Source: Octopus vulgaris
Lineage: Eukaryota
Reading direction: 5' to 3'
Assembly: GCA_951406725.2 (NCBI GenBank)
Contig: OX597826.1
Coordinates: 30,628,001-30,692,000 of the forward strand
Length of the DNA stretch: 64,000 bases
This document shows, one piece after another, positions 1 to 12,026 of this stretch (its first letter is position 1; each line of letters begins with the position of its first letter). The notes beneath the pieces are model-generated. The model was not told the DNA's origin and made no database searches. It worked only from the letters and a program-made list of their open reading frames with translations. Position numbers and translations under genes: made by a program.

Positions 1-265
1 AAAGATAAAAAAAAAAGAAAATATCTTTGTCTTTCCACCCACCCTCACCACCACCAACAACACCGTCGCTTAACAACCAGTGATGGTTTGTTTACGTCCT
101 CGAAACTTAGCTAGTGACAAGTCAGGACAATAGACTAAGTACGTGGTACCATGCAGTGGAACTGAACGCGGAACCATGTGACTGAGAAGCAAGCTTCTTA
201 CCACACAACCACACCTGAAATTGTTTTTCTTTGCATCGTTTAGTCCATACCATAGAATGCAGTAC

Positions 266-409
266 CACTAGCGTAGCTGTGGAGGAGCGGTCCACCCCGG
301 GCGGCGCTTTTGGGTCTACTGTATGCAATATGTATTTTTTGTGGGATCCGGGGGGGGGTGGCACACGGAAGAGGCGCCTCGGGCGGCACACACTCTAGCT
401 ACGCTAGTG
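266..409. mobile_element. hAT-type MITE
   Basis: 13-bp TIRs CACTAGCGTAGCT / AGCTACGCTAGTG and a degenerate 8-bp TSD (tgcagtac / agcagttc). Confidence 0.7.
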
Positions 410-946
410 AGCAGTTCCTTATTTTACCGTATAATATATCACACTTGTTTCGACTTTAGTCACAATGATGGCAGTTTAGGAAGGACACTTTAGTCGATTA
501 CAGGTTTCTTTTTAAAAAGAAAATAAGCAACAAGACGGTGCCCCAGCATGGCCGCAGTCTAATGACTGAAACAAGTAAAAAAAAAAACTCATCGCCGACT
601 GTATTTGAACCATGTAATTATTGATTACGGTTGGACCACCTTATCGAATTCACCCACTGAATTTACCTTGTTGCAGTAAATATTGATTTTCTTAATCACT
701 AGCATTGACATACGATCACATAATTTATGCGGTTTGCTTCTATACTATAGCCTCGTCTCCACGAGGCTAAATTCGCTCGAATGATTAATATACATAGCTG
801 ATTGGTACTATATTTTATCGATCTCAAAAGGAACGAAAAATATCATAGAACTCGGCAGGATTCAATCTTAGAACATAAAGGTTCATTAAAACTTTGGAAT
901 AAATATTTAAAATCAACCACAGCGAACACACATTCATATAATGCCT

Positions 947-1382
947 CAAGGCGGCGAGCTGGCAGAAACGCTAGCACACCAGGAGGAATGCTTAGCAGTA
1001 TTTCGTCTGCCGTTACGTTGTGAGTTCAAATTCTGCCGAGGTCGACTTTGCCTTTCATCCTTTCGGGGTCGATTAAATAAGGACCAGTTACGCACTGGGA
1101 TCGATATAATCGACTTAATCCGTTTGTCTGTCCTTGTTTGTCCCCTCTGTGTGTAGCCCCTTGTGGACAATAAAGAAATAAGAAACGTTAGCACGTGGGT
1201 GGAATGCTTACCTCTATTTCGTCTGCCGCTACGTTCTCAGTTCAAATTCCGCCGAGGTCGACTTTGCCTTTCCTCCTTTCGGGGTCGATAAACCAAGTAC
1301 CAGTTGCGTACTGGGGTCGGTCTAATCGACTGGCTTCCCCACCCAAAAAAAAATTTGGGGCCTTGTATCTAAAGTAGAAAAG
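947..1382 (+). mobile_element. SINE family A (tRNA-derived, Meta-like central domain), dimeric copy
   Basis: Head GGCGGCGAGCTGGCAGAA..., B-box GAGTTCAAATTC, domain GCCTTTCATCCTTTCGGGGTCGAT..., 15-bp TSD attcatataatgcct (932-946, 1383-1397). Other copies near 2903-3298(-), 5028-5220, 19656-20055, 22150-22533(-), 27995-28205(-), 29314-29532, 30590-30800, 35420-35810, 43210-43430(-). Confidence 0.85.
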
Positions 1383-2027
1383 ATTCATATAATGCCTTGC
1401 TGTATTCGTTTCAACTCTCTGGGCTCTTAGTTCGAATTCAAGTGGCTGTTAATTTTGGCTTTCCTCATTTTAGTGTCAATAAAATTGTAAGAGTATTGAA
1501 TGGTATACCTTGAGGTACCAATTCCAGATCCGTCCATTCGAGTTCAAATTCCACCCTATCGCCGAAAACAACTGACATTTGTGTTAGGAGTTGCAGCCTT
1601 TAGTATCAGTTTCCCTGATTCGATCAGCCTTTAGTATCGTAGTTTCCCCAGATTCGATCAGAAAATCGACTGCTGCCAGCCATCACACACACGCGCACAC
1701 ACACACACTGGCATGCGGCTATGCTGGAGCACCGCCTTGAAGGACTAAGTTGAACAAATCAACCCCACTTCTTATTTATTTTTAAGTCTGGTACTTTATC
1801 GGTTCCTTTGCCAACTCGCTAGGTTACAAGGGCATAAACAAACGAACATCGGTTGTCAAATGAGGTTGAGAGTTTAATACATGCACAGTTTACGTCTGCT
1901 AATTTCATTCACAAGACATTAATCGGGTCGACTCGGAATTATAGTAGAACATGTCCGGTAAGTTCACCGTCATCAATTCACCGATTTCTTTTCTTTTTCT
2001 TTTCAATAAAATAGTTTTTAACTATCA

Positions 2028-2189
2028 ATGGTTGTGTGGTAAGAAGCTTTCTTCCCAACCACATGGTTCCGGGTTCAGTCCCACTGCATGACACCCTGGA
2101 TAAGTGTCTTCTACTATAGACTCGGGCAGACCAAAGCCTTATGAGTGGATTTGGTAGACGAAAACTGAAAGAAGCCCGTCGTATATATA

Positions 2190-2224
<35 letters not shown>

Positions 2225-2428
2225 ATTTATTTGTATGGCTGTCCCCACCTCCGTCATCGCTTGACAACCGATGTTGGTGCGTTTACGCTCCCGAAATTAA
2301 ACAGTTCGACAAAAGAATCCGACAGAATAAGTACTAGGCTTACAAAGAATAAGTCCTGTGGCCGATTTGTTTGACTAATGGCGGTGCAGCATGGCCGCAG
2401 TCAACTGATTGAAACGAGTAAAAGAATA
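2028..2428 (+). mobile_element. SINE family B (CORE-type, internal microsatellite, gtaaaaga-like tail)
   Basis: Head GTGTGGTAAG...GGTTCAGTCCC, CORE-like segment, internal (TG)n, tail CAGCATGGCCGCAGTC...GAAAC. Many copies, e.g. 3415-3730(-), 16000-16370, 18975-19290(-), 23155-23500(-), 37685-38100(-), 40990-41430, 41510-41920, 42255-42615, 59975-60475, 63430-63620(-). Confidence 0.85.
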
Positions 2429-2902
2429 CTCCGAATGGATTTTCCTCGCGGTGAACTTTCTTCAAGGTGAATTAATGGCGGTGCACTTACCTGTAATCAT
2501 AGAAGACACACACACACGGCTAGGGTGTCGCACAGTGAGATTGAACCCGTTTCAGCAGAGTTGCAAAGCTAGCTTCTTAACTACACAGCCTTGCCCGCTT
2601 CTGTAATAAATATGTTCAATGAAAGACTGACAGAATATATCTGCAGAACATTATGCTACCGATTGTTCAGTTGTTGCTGTACCGCATTTTGAGTTCAAAT
2701 TTATTGATTTCAGATCGATAAATTCGTACTAGTTATAGAAATATTAACACCCATTCTATTGAACATCTCTTTCGTTAACAAAAAGAGAGAAAAATATTGG
2801 CCCTTTCCACTACTCGAGTAATTTTTTGTTATGCTTTACTTAAAAATAACAAAATTCACCAAATCATTTCTTGTTATGTAGAAAATTTAAGTGGAAGATG
2901 CT

Positions 2903-3298
2903 CTTTTTTACTCTAGGAACAAGGCCCGAAATTTTGGGGGAGTTAGATCATCCCCTGGTACACAACTGGTACTTAATTTATCGACCCCGAAAGAATAAAA
3001 GGCAAAGTTGACTTCAGCGGAATTTGAACTCAGAACGTAAAGACAGACGAAATACCTATTTCTTTACTACCCACAGGGGGCTAAACACAGAGAGGACAAA
3101 CAAGGACAGACTAACGGATTAAGTCGATTATATCGACCTCAGTGCGTAACTGGTACTTAATTTATCGACACCGAAAGGATTAAAGGCAAAGGCAAAGTCA
3201 ACCTCAGCGGAATTTGAACTCAGAATGTAACGGCAGACGAAATACGGCTACGCATTTCGCCCGGCGTGCTAACGTTTCTGCCAGCTCGCCACCTTATA
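2903..3298 (-). mobile_element. SINE family A, dimeric copy
   Basis: Reverse copy flanked by TSD aagtggaagatgct (2889-2902, 3299-3312). Confidence 0.85.
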
Positions 3299-3655
3299 AA
3301 GTGGAAGATGCTAACGTACCAATATCTCACATAGGCATGGTTAACAAACTTTCTTTGCAAACGATGTGGTTTCGGGTTCATTCCTAGTTCATGGCATCTT
3401 GAATAACTCTCTTTTTTCTCTTTTACTTGTTTCAGCCATTTGATTGTAGCCATGCTGAGCACCGCCTTTAGTCGAGCAAATCGACCCCAGGACTTATTCT
3501 TTGTAAGCCTAGTACTTATTCTATCGGTCTATTTTGCCGAACCGCTAAGTTACGGGGACGTAAACCCACCAGAATTTGTTGTCAAGCGATGTTGGGGGAA
3601 CAAACACAGACACACAAACGTATACACACACGCACACACACACACACACACACAG

Positions 3656-3688
<33 letters not shown>

Positions 3689-3787
3689 CATATATACAAC
3701 GGGATTCTTTCAGTTTCCATCTACCAAAGCATTCGAAAGCTAAAACGATGCAAAGCGCATTGTGAATCCCAACTGGATAGGGTTGGT

Positions 3788-3836
<49 letters not shown>

Positions 3837-3926
3837 TTCTTTTACTGGAATGGTGTTGAGGGTGACTTTGAAATTTCAGCTTGATACGACATTGTCAGAC
3901 AGTCCGAAACTTCGAAGTCACTATCA

Positions 3927-4830
3927 ATGCAATTTTAAGTTACCTACGGACGTACGTTTCGAGATCAAGCTTTAGGATATCATAAGAATTATGATCTCGA
4001 AACGTACGTCCGTAGGTAACTTAAAATTGCATGATGGATTGCCGTCATTTCATTCTTTCTTTCTTACCTGTCTGTGTTTGCCTTTTAAGTGCTGTGTTTT
4101 TACTGAGATCCCCCCTTTTAGTAGAAGGAATAGCTATATCTCTTTGACTGCTATTTCTAAATTCGGTGTGTTGGTGAGGCAATTCGTTGCTAAACCCTTA
4201 ATTACTTAGTATTACTTAAATTTTCCTCGAATGGGGCTTTTACATACCGAAATCTACTTGGTGTAATTGATAATTATCCCTAATTAATTAATTTCACCCT
4301 TTTATTATTACTGATAACCATATTTTATCCCAGTAAATGACCACAGCATTTTGTCTTGGCCGCACGCGGGTGGAAGGGGGCTGGTGACACAAACTTTCAT
4401 TCAAACTTTGAATTTCGTGGTACTGGTCATGCTTTGGCTCGCTCTGACACTGAGTTGAGATGACGCATTCTAGTATCTCAAAATTTAATATACAATTATT
4501 CACAATTGTAGTATCCTGCGCCGATGAGAGAAGAAGTCTGGGTAAAGTAGAATTTTCTAATTCTTATGATATCCTAAAGCTTGATCTCGAAACGTACGTC
4601 CGTAGGTAACTTAAAATTGCATGATGGATTGCCGTCATTTCATTCTTTCTTTCTTACCTGTCTGTGTTTGCCTTTTAAGTGCTGTGTTTTTACTGAGATC
4701 CCCCTTTTTAGTAGAAGGAATAGCTATATCTCTTTGACTGCTATTTCTAAATTCGGTGTGTTGGTGAGGCAATTCGTTGCTAAACCCTTAATTACTTAGT
4801 ATTACTTATATATATATATATATATATATA
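3927..4830 (+). mobile_element. non-coding PLE/retrozyme-like element: inverted 5' fragment + 590-nt partial tandem + (TA)n
   Basis: 227-bp direct repeat 3992-4218 / 4582-4808 (1 mismatch seen). 3927-3991 is the reverse complement of 4558-4622. Contains a hammerhead. Confidence 0.8.
4515..4606 (+). ncRNA. type I hammerhead ribozyme (U4C core variant, long stem II)
   Basis: Stem I CCTGCG/CGTAGG; core CCGATGA; stem II GAGA...TCTC with a long hairpin; GAAA; palindromic stem III ACGTACGT; cleavage triplet GTC ending at 4600. Confidence 0.75.
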
Positions 4831-6246
4831 GTATTCTTTTACTGGAATGGTGTTGAGGGTGACTTTGAAATTTCAGCTTGATACGACATTGTCAGACAGT
4901 CCGAAACTTCGAAGTCACTATCAATGCCATTTTTATTAATGGCTAGTGAATGTGTATGTACTCTGCAAAAAGTGTTGTTGAATCCTTCAGTTAAATGTAA
5001 AATTGTTTTTAATATAATCCAACATGAAGGCAACGAGCTGACAGAATCGTTGGCAAACCGGGAAAAATGTTTTGCAGCATTTCGGCAGTTTCTACGTTCT
5101 GAGTTCAAATTCCGCCGCGGTCGGCTTTGACTTTCATCCTTTCGAGGTCGATAAATAAGTACCGATTGAATACTATAATCGATTTATCCCCTCCCAAAAT
5201 TGCTGGTCTTGTTCCGATATTTTAAACCAAAATAAACATAAAAACAAACCTTCGCTCCTTTTTTTTTTTTTTTTTTTCGTTCTCACTCCATTGTTTTTCT
5301 TCTCAATGTTATCTGTGAAAGAGCGTAGGCTCGAAACGTCAAAGCTTTTCCCATTCTTTTCGAGCGTTAAACTAATACACATGCTTATTGTTCCCTCACC
5401 TGTCTTCGTCTTTTGTTTTCTCTAAATTTGAAATTTATATATATATATTCAAAAGAAAATTCAGCGAGGTAGACATAAAATTTAATACATTAATTTATCA
5501 AACTTTCAAGATATACAAAACAAATGGAAGGAAATTCGTAAACATTTCAATGGATTCAAACGTAATTAGCGTTAATTAAAATTACAGCTGATTATCTCTT
5601 TCTCTGCGACTTCCATTGTGTTCTGTCAAACACAAAGAGAGAACGAATGAAATGATATATAGCAGCTTTCTCTTCACCGCCTCTTACTTTATCTACGAAT
5701 AGTATTCTTCAGAGATTGTCGTCGGATTGTGTTTAAAATGATGGCAATTAGTTATCGTTAAGAGTTTAATATTTAATTACCTGGAGGAATTTCTTGTGAC
5801 ATTCAATAAAAACTAAGCGAGTACACTCATTGGTAACCTGTTTCAATGAAATGTCTAGCCTCATGAATAGTTTTATAAGTTTCAACATGCGGTTCATGAG
5901 CAAATGCCAATTACTGTAACAAACGTCTGTGTATAGAATGAAACATACACGAAATAAGCGTTTGAATTCCTTCGTTGGCAATGGCTGTTTTTGTAGTGTA
6001 TCTAATCGGTAGTAATACGTGATTGGCTCTTTACACTATTGACAAAAGCAACGTCTATCCAAAATATAGGGTTTGGGACTGTTTTGGAGGCAGTATCTAA
6101 GGGCTTCCACGCATATATATATATATATATATATATTACGTTTATATATATTTTTTGTTCAAGATTTTTTATGTTAAGTCGTGTGTTGAAACAGACATTG
6201 TTGTATTTCGGAATGGTCATTTTGCCAGTTTAGCCAATAAAAACAC

Positions 6247-6510
6247 ACGCACTATATATTTGGTGTTACTTTGCTTCAGTGTTATTTGTTTTTTACATTA
6301 ATCTTAATCTTATTTCGGGCAAAGTTCTTTCGTCACACTTCTGTGACCGCATCAGTAGTCCTTTGCTTTCTTCTTTCTTATTTGTGTCTCTCCTTACTAA
6401 CCGTCAGCCATTTCAGGAGTGTGACGAAAGAACTCTGGCCGAAATAAGATTAAGATTAATGTAAAAAATAAATAACACTGAAGCAAAGTAACACCAAATA
6501 TATAGTGTGT
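6247..6510. repeat. inverted repeat (PLE pLTR-like)
   Basis: About 93-bp arms 6247-6339 and 6418-6510. The minus strand has a decayed HHR-like CTGATGC-g-GTCAC..GTGAC-GAAA. Confidence 0.75.
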
Positions 6511-6704
6511 ATCTGTGTGTTTTGTAATAATAATATGTTAAAATTTGTCTCACACCTACCTATTGGTCCGGCTTCCATGGCGTTGAGCTAGCTACCTAGT
6601 CAACAAGACTACTTATTGAACGGGATGCAAGTAAAGAAGGTATTAAATGTTGAAAATACTACGCATACTAGACTATGGATTAGCAGTATGCATAGTATTT
6701 TCCA

Positions 6705-6975
6705 TAGGCTGAAAATATATTTGTCAAATTGGGGGTACCTTAAGAATAAATCTGCCCTGATGTTAAAGCCGTTCGCTGAGTTTTCCAAATACCTCAAGAT
6801 ATGCATGTTTTTGCTGTACATAGGCAACATTTCTTGATCTCTTTGGTATATGGATTACTCCGTTCTAACGTCTTTTGCTCTGTTTCATGTCATAGTCAGT
6901 GTCGTGGTCCTTCAGATTTCAAATATAGTTGGCAAGCGTAGCTGTTTTTCTTATCCTTCAACATTTCTGAAAGAC
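6705..6975 (-). pseudogene. decayed PLE GIY-YIG endonuclease C-terminus
   Basis: Frameshifted translation SFRN...ATLANYI*NLKDHDTDY...SNPYTKEIKKCCLCT...MHILRY...FNIRADLF..KYIF fits the PLE pattern SFR..T.LS.YIW.LK...PY....C.LC..EK..I...LN.R.EL. Confidence 0.75.
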
Positions 6976-7290
6976 GTGATATGATGAATATAATATCACA
7001 CGAAATTGACCTGAACTATTGCTACGTAATGATTCTGTTTGTTTGGTTGGTATCAGGCTCAAATGAAACAGGCTCAAGGTTGGAGATCTGGTTTAATGGA
7101 CATGTGGAAACAATTCTATTAAAACACCCTGGTAATGTTAGTTTGACATATATAGGAGCAATGAAGGTTTCTATATGAGAAGTAGCACTGTCACTAACTT
7201 TAACTCATTTTTTCTTATGATTTTAATGTCAACGTCAAACAATACAATGTGTGTGTGCGTGTGTGTGTATAGTCAGTATGTATACACACA

Positions 7291-7324
<34 letters not shown>

Positions 7325-7339
7325 TATATATATAGAGAG

Positions 7340-7372
<33 letters not shown>

Positions 7373-7373
7373 C

Positions 7374-7448
<75 letters not shown>

Positions 7449-7773
7449 CATAATCTCCAACAGATACTCAATGTATGTGACTTGATTGTTAGCCAGTAGG
7501 CTGCAATTTAGCGTATGGGGATGACTCCCTCAAAGCGAATGGTATTAAAATATCTGAAAGTCATAGACAGGCATGACAACTCGCCCCAGATTCCAGAAGC
7601 AATGGAGATCGATCTTTGGCCCTTTTCGTGGCTTTTCAATATCATGTACCTGAACCAAATTGGAGGCGAACTGAATCACAACTCCATGTCTGTATGCTAA
7701 TAGTATAAAAACTATTGAGTATGTGTTTTCGATAATGTTTACAACACTAACGCTGTTTCTTATTTACATTTGA

Positions 7774-7817
<44 letters not shown>

Positions 7818-7898
7818 ATGTGTATGTATGTGAGTGTGTGTGTGTATGTATGTATATATACGTGCGTGTGTGTGTATGTATGTATGTATGTATGTATG

Positions 7899-7956
<58 letters not shown>

Positions 7957-8141
7957 CATATATATAAAGTTAATCCAAACATGAAAACACAAAGAGAGAA
8001 CACAACAACGCGAGGAAGTGGAACAAGTATAGTATTATTGGACGCTCGGGAAAGGAAAGAAAGAAGGAGGATTTAATGCTTCGAGCGAAGATCTTCGTCA
8101 GAAACATAGGAAAAGAAAAGATCATGTATATATATATATGT

Positions 8142-8228
<87 letters not shown>

Positions 8229-8304
8229 ATATATATATATATGAATATATATATATGTACATGTATAGCAAAATATATATAATTTATATACAATATATAT
8301 ATAC

Positions 8305-8413
8305 TATATATATAATATAAATACAGTGTACATTTAAACACATAAGAGGCATCCCATCATTGATACTTCTTATGTGTTTAAATGTAGACTGTATTTATAT
8401 GAATAATATATAG
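8305..8413. repeat. short inverted repeat within TA-rich DNA
   Basis: ataaatacagtgtacatttaaacacataaga / tcttatgtgtttaaatgtagactgtatttat with a spacer of about 20 nt. Confidence 0.6.
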
Positions 8414-8506
8414 TCTATTGACTAATTTTTCTACACGCTAGACCACTTCTAGTAAATATTTCAAAGTTTTTTCTGTACCATGATATTATTAATTATACAT
8501 ATATAT

Positions 8507-8554
<48 letters not shown>

Positions 8555-8659
8555 CCCCTACTTTCCCCTTCCCGTCTGACCATTCTGTCCGAGTCAGACG
8601 CCATGATAGATCGTTAGCTACTACACACATTTTTTTCTCTCCTTGTTTTTTCTGCGTAC

Positions 8660-8695
8660 CTTTCTGTAGAAGAGCGTAGGCTCGAAACGTAAAAG
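8660..8695 (+). ncRNA. minimal type I hammerhead-like motif (A6U variant) in a ~200-bp repeat
   Basis: cttt-CTGTAGA-a-GAGC gtag GCTC-GAAA-cg-TA-aaag. Siblings at 5309-5344 and 10924-10959; minus-strand relatives at 8071-8105 (CTGACGA) and 63734-63769 (CTGAAGA, G12A). Confidence 0.65.
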
Positions 8696-9532
8696 ACTTT
8701 TTCTATTCCTGAGCGCTATACTAATACATCTGTTTTTTTGTACACCACCTGCCTTCGTCTTGTGTTTATTTTCGTAAACTTTCCCTTTATATATATATAT
8801 ATATATATATACAGATATAATATACATATATAATATATATAATATATACACATATATACATATATGTCACCACTAGAGAGTAGGGGTTCGATCCCTTGCT
8901 CGCAGTATATCGGACACAGGTTGTGTTGTTAACCAACTGGAGGAGATGTCCTCCTGAGGTTGAAATAAAATTGTAGTGACGTAGTTCCGTTCGGAACAGC
9001 CATGTTGATGTGGCGAAAAACTCTACTATAGCTTTGTGTGTGTGTGTGTGTGTGTGTACGTACTTTGGTATTTCGCCGATAATGGCTTCTCAAAATAGTC
9101 TTTAGAATCCAGCACCAGAAATCTTTGGTAAAAGGTCACCATATATGTATATAATATATTATATACATACACATATAGGTATGTAAATATATATAATATA
9201 TTGTAATACATGGCTATGCATGCATTTATGTGTGTTTATTATATAGAAAAGCTGACAGCCTACCGTTAGTTTGACTCCACAGCCAAGGCGCGAAACTGAG
9301 TAGATTGTCAGATTGGTTTATAATAATCATCTCCATCCACTCTAACAAGCGTATTACGTTCTGTGTCAGTTTCTATTTGTAATATATAGAATATATTTTT
9401 GATATATTTTACAAACCTTACATAATGTACATATGTGTGTGTGTGTCTGTGTTATAAATGTACAATAACTATATATGTGTGTGATGTATGTGTATTATAT
9501 GTATGTGTGCGTGGTGTGTGCGTATGTATGTT

Positions 9533-9572
<40 letters not shown>

Positions 9573-10127
9573 CATATATATGGGAGAGGAAAAATTATAA
9601 TAACACTGAATGCTAAATTGAAAATAAATTTTAATAAAAATGGGTGTATGAAAAATTAAAAAAGAAAAAATAATATATGAAACCGGCTTTCATTGCAAGA
9701 CAAATTTTCAAGATTTGAAAGGGGAAAATTTTTTATTTTTTAATTGAGGAAGGGGAAAAAAGAAATTTACAATGTTTTTTAAAAAAAATAATAATACATA
9801 TATACAAAAATTTATAAATAAGTATACCAATACATTGTAGAGTCTTTATGCTTTTAGAGTTCAATTATAGTCCTTGAAAAAACTTCTTTGGAGGATTAGG
9901 ATGCATGTGTTTAAATGTAGTGTATATTTTGAAAGAGTGGGGTGTGTTGTGTGTCAAAACAAGAAATGGGTAGGAGTTATCCAGTGCCTGTGAGTAAGGG
10001 GAGACAAATCTGTGGATTTTATGCTCTTTAATTGGAATGATGGATTTTTTGTCAAACAGGATGCTTATATCAATTTTTTGTTAGATAGGATGCTAGAAAA
10101 AGGAGTATGGTCACCGTGGAGTTTGTA

Positions 10128-10325
10128 TATTAAGACGCGTTTGAAATTTTTCAATAAAAAGATTCTCCTTGTTGATTCCTTCTTGTGTAGAGATTCTGTC
10201 TTTATATTGGTGGAAAGGGAATATGTGAAATTTGGATTTTTTTATCTCTAGCGCAAGAGTCTATGTGGCTACTGAGTGGAATTTAACGGTATTGTAGGAG
10301 ATTTATCTGTTCTTTATGGACTAGC
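10128..10325 (-). pseudogene. decayed PLE GIY-YIG endonuclease C-terminus (second, distinct clade)
   Basis: VHKEQI..QYR*IPLSSHIDSCARDK-/-IFPFHQYKDRISTQEGINKENLFIEKFQTRLN fits the H..QI....R..PLS.H...C....F.IFPF...KE..FI.KF...LN pattern. Cut by (TA)n at 10331. Confidence 0.75.
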
Positions 10326-10593
10326 AGTCCATATATATATATGTATATATGTGTGTGTATGTGTGTGTCACCGTCACACATCGCCGGTCACAATGCGCTT
10401 CGCATTGCTGTAGCAGGGATCGCCACCAGTCCCTGCCGGAGCATCGTTGAGCTATAGGTGATTTCGTTCAATAAACACAACGCCCGGTCTGGGAATCGAA
10501 ACCGCAATCCTACGACCGCGAGTCCACTGCCCTAACCACTGGGCCATTGCGCCTCCATGTATATATATGTATATATGTGTATATATATATATA

Positions 10594-10646
<53 letters not shown>

Positions 10647-10923
10647 ATCTATATATACATGTATATATGCATATGTATATATATATATGTATATATATAT
10701 ATATGTATATATATATGTGTATATATGTATATATATACATATATATATATGTATGTATTTATGTATATATATATGTATGAACCCTATTATCTCCCCTAAT
10801 TTCGCTCTTGCGTCTCACGTTTGATCTTTGACTTCTGGCCGAAATCAGATCGCCATGTTGATTCGCTAGCCTCTGCACGCATATTTTTTTCTCTCCTTCT
10901 TTCTGTGTTTTTTCTCTGTGTAT

Positions 10924-10959
10924 CTTTCTGTTGAAGAGCGTAGGCTCGAAACGTTAAAG
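10924..10959 (+). ncRNA. minimal type I hammerhead-like motif (A6U variant)
   Basis: cttt-CTGTTGA-a-GAGC gtag GCTC-GAAA-cg-TT-aaag, with palindromic AACGTT in place of stem III. Confidence 0.65.
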
Positions 10960-11089
10960 ACTTGTTTTATCCATATTTCCTGAGCGCCATGCTAATACAA
11001 TTGTTTGTTTGTATTCCACCTGCCTTCGTCTTTTGTTTATTTCCGCAAACCTGCCTTCGTCTTTTGTCTATTTTCATAAAGCTTCCCGT

Positions 11090-11198
<109 letters not shown>

Positions 11199-11555
11199 AT
11201 ATGTATTTATATATACACACATACACGCGTGTATTTATTCCATAAGACTATTATATATCTTGACTTTCTCGCATCTCGTTATAAATTCTGTATTTTATCG
11301 CCATAGTGATAACAAAGTGCTCTGCAGAGAATATATTTCCCCAAATGTAGATATAATCTTTATATATATAATTTTAATTCCTCCTACTTATTACATTAGG
11401 ATTTCCTGATAAATCAATTCCACTTCGTTTGATAAATTTGACACATTTGTAAATTCTTCGCCTCTTCTAACACAAGAATACTGAAGCTATTGTTTTGTTT
11501 TCAATATATATATATTTATATTTACCTCTCTCTCTGCCGCGCATATTTCTATCTG

Positions 11556-11673
<118 letters not shown>

Positions 11674-11820
11674 CACATATATATGTATATACATATATAC
11701 ATACCCATATATATATATATTTATGTATATATGTATGTTTATATATACATATATATGCGTGTATGTGTGTACATATAAAAATGCATATATACATATTCAT
11801 ATATATGTGTGTGTATATGT

Positions 11821-11873
<53 letters not shown>

Positions 11874-11989
11874 TACATACCTATATATATATGTCTGTAT
11901 GTATATATATACACTTACATATATATGTATATATATATATATACATGTGTATAATATATATTTATATGTATATATATACACACACAATT

Positions 11990-12026
<37 letters not shown>

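Noticed and set aside
7056-7131. possible plus-strand exon (ag...gt)
   Set aside because: Short, reading frame ambiguous, and no partner exon or homology.
11405-11445. CTGATAA-ATCAA...TTGAT hairpin as a hammerhead
   Set aside because: Lacks G8, GAAA and stem I.
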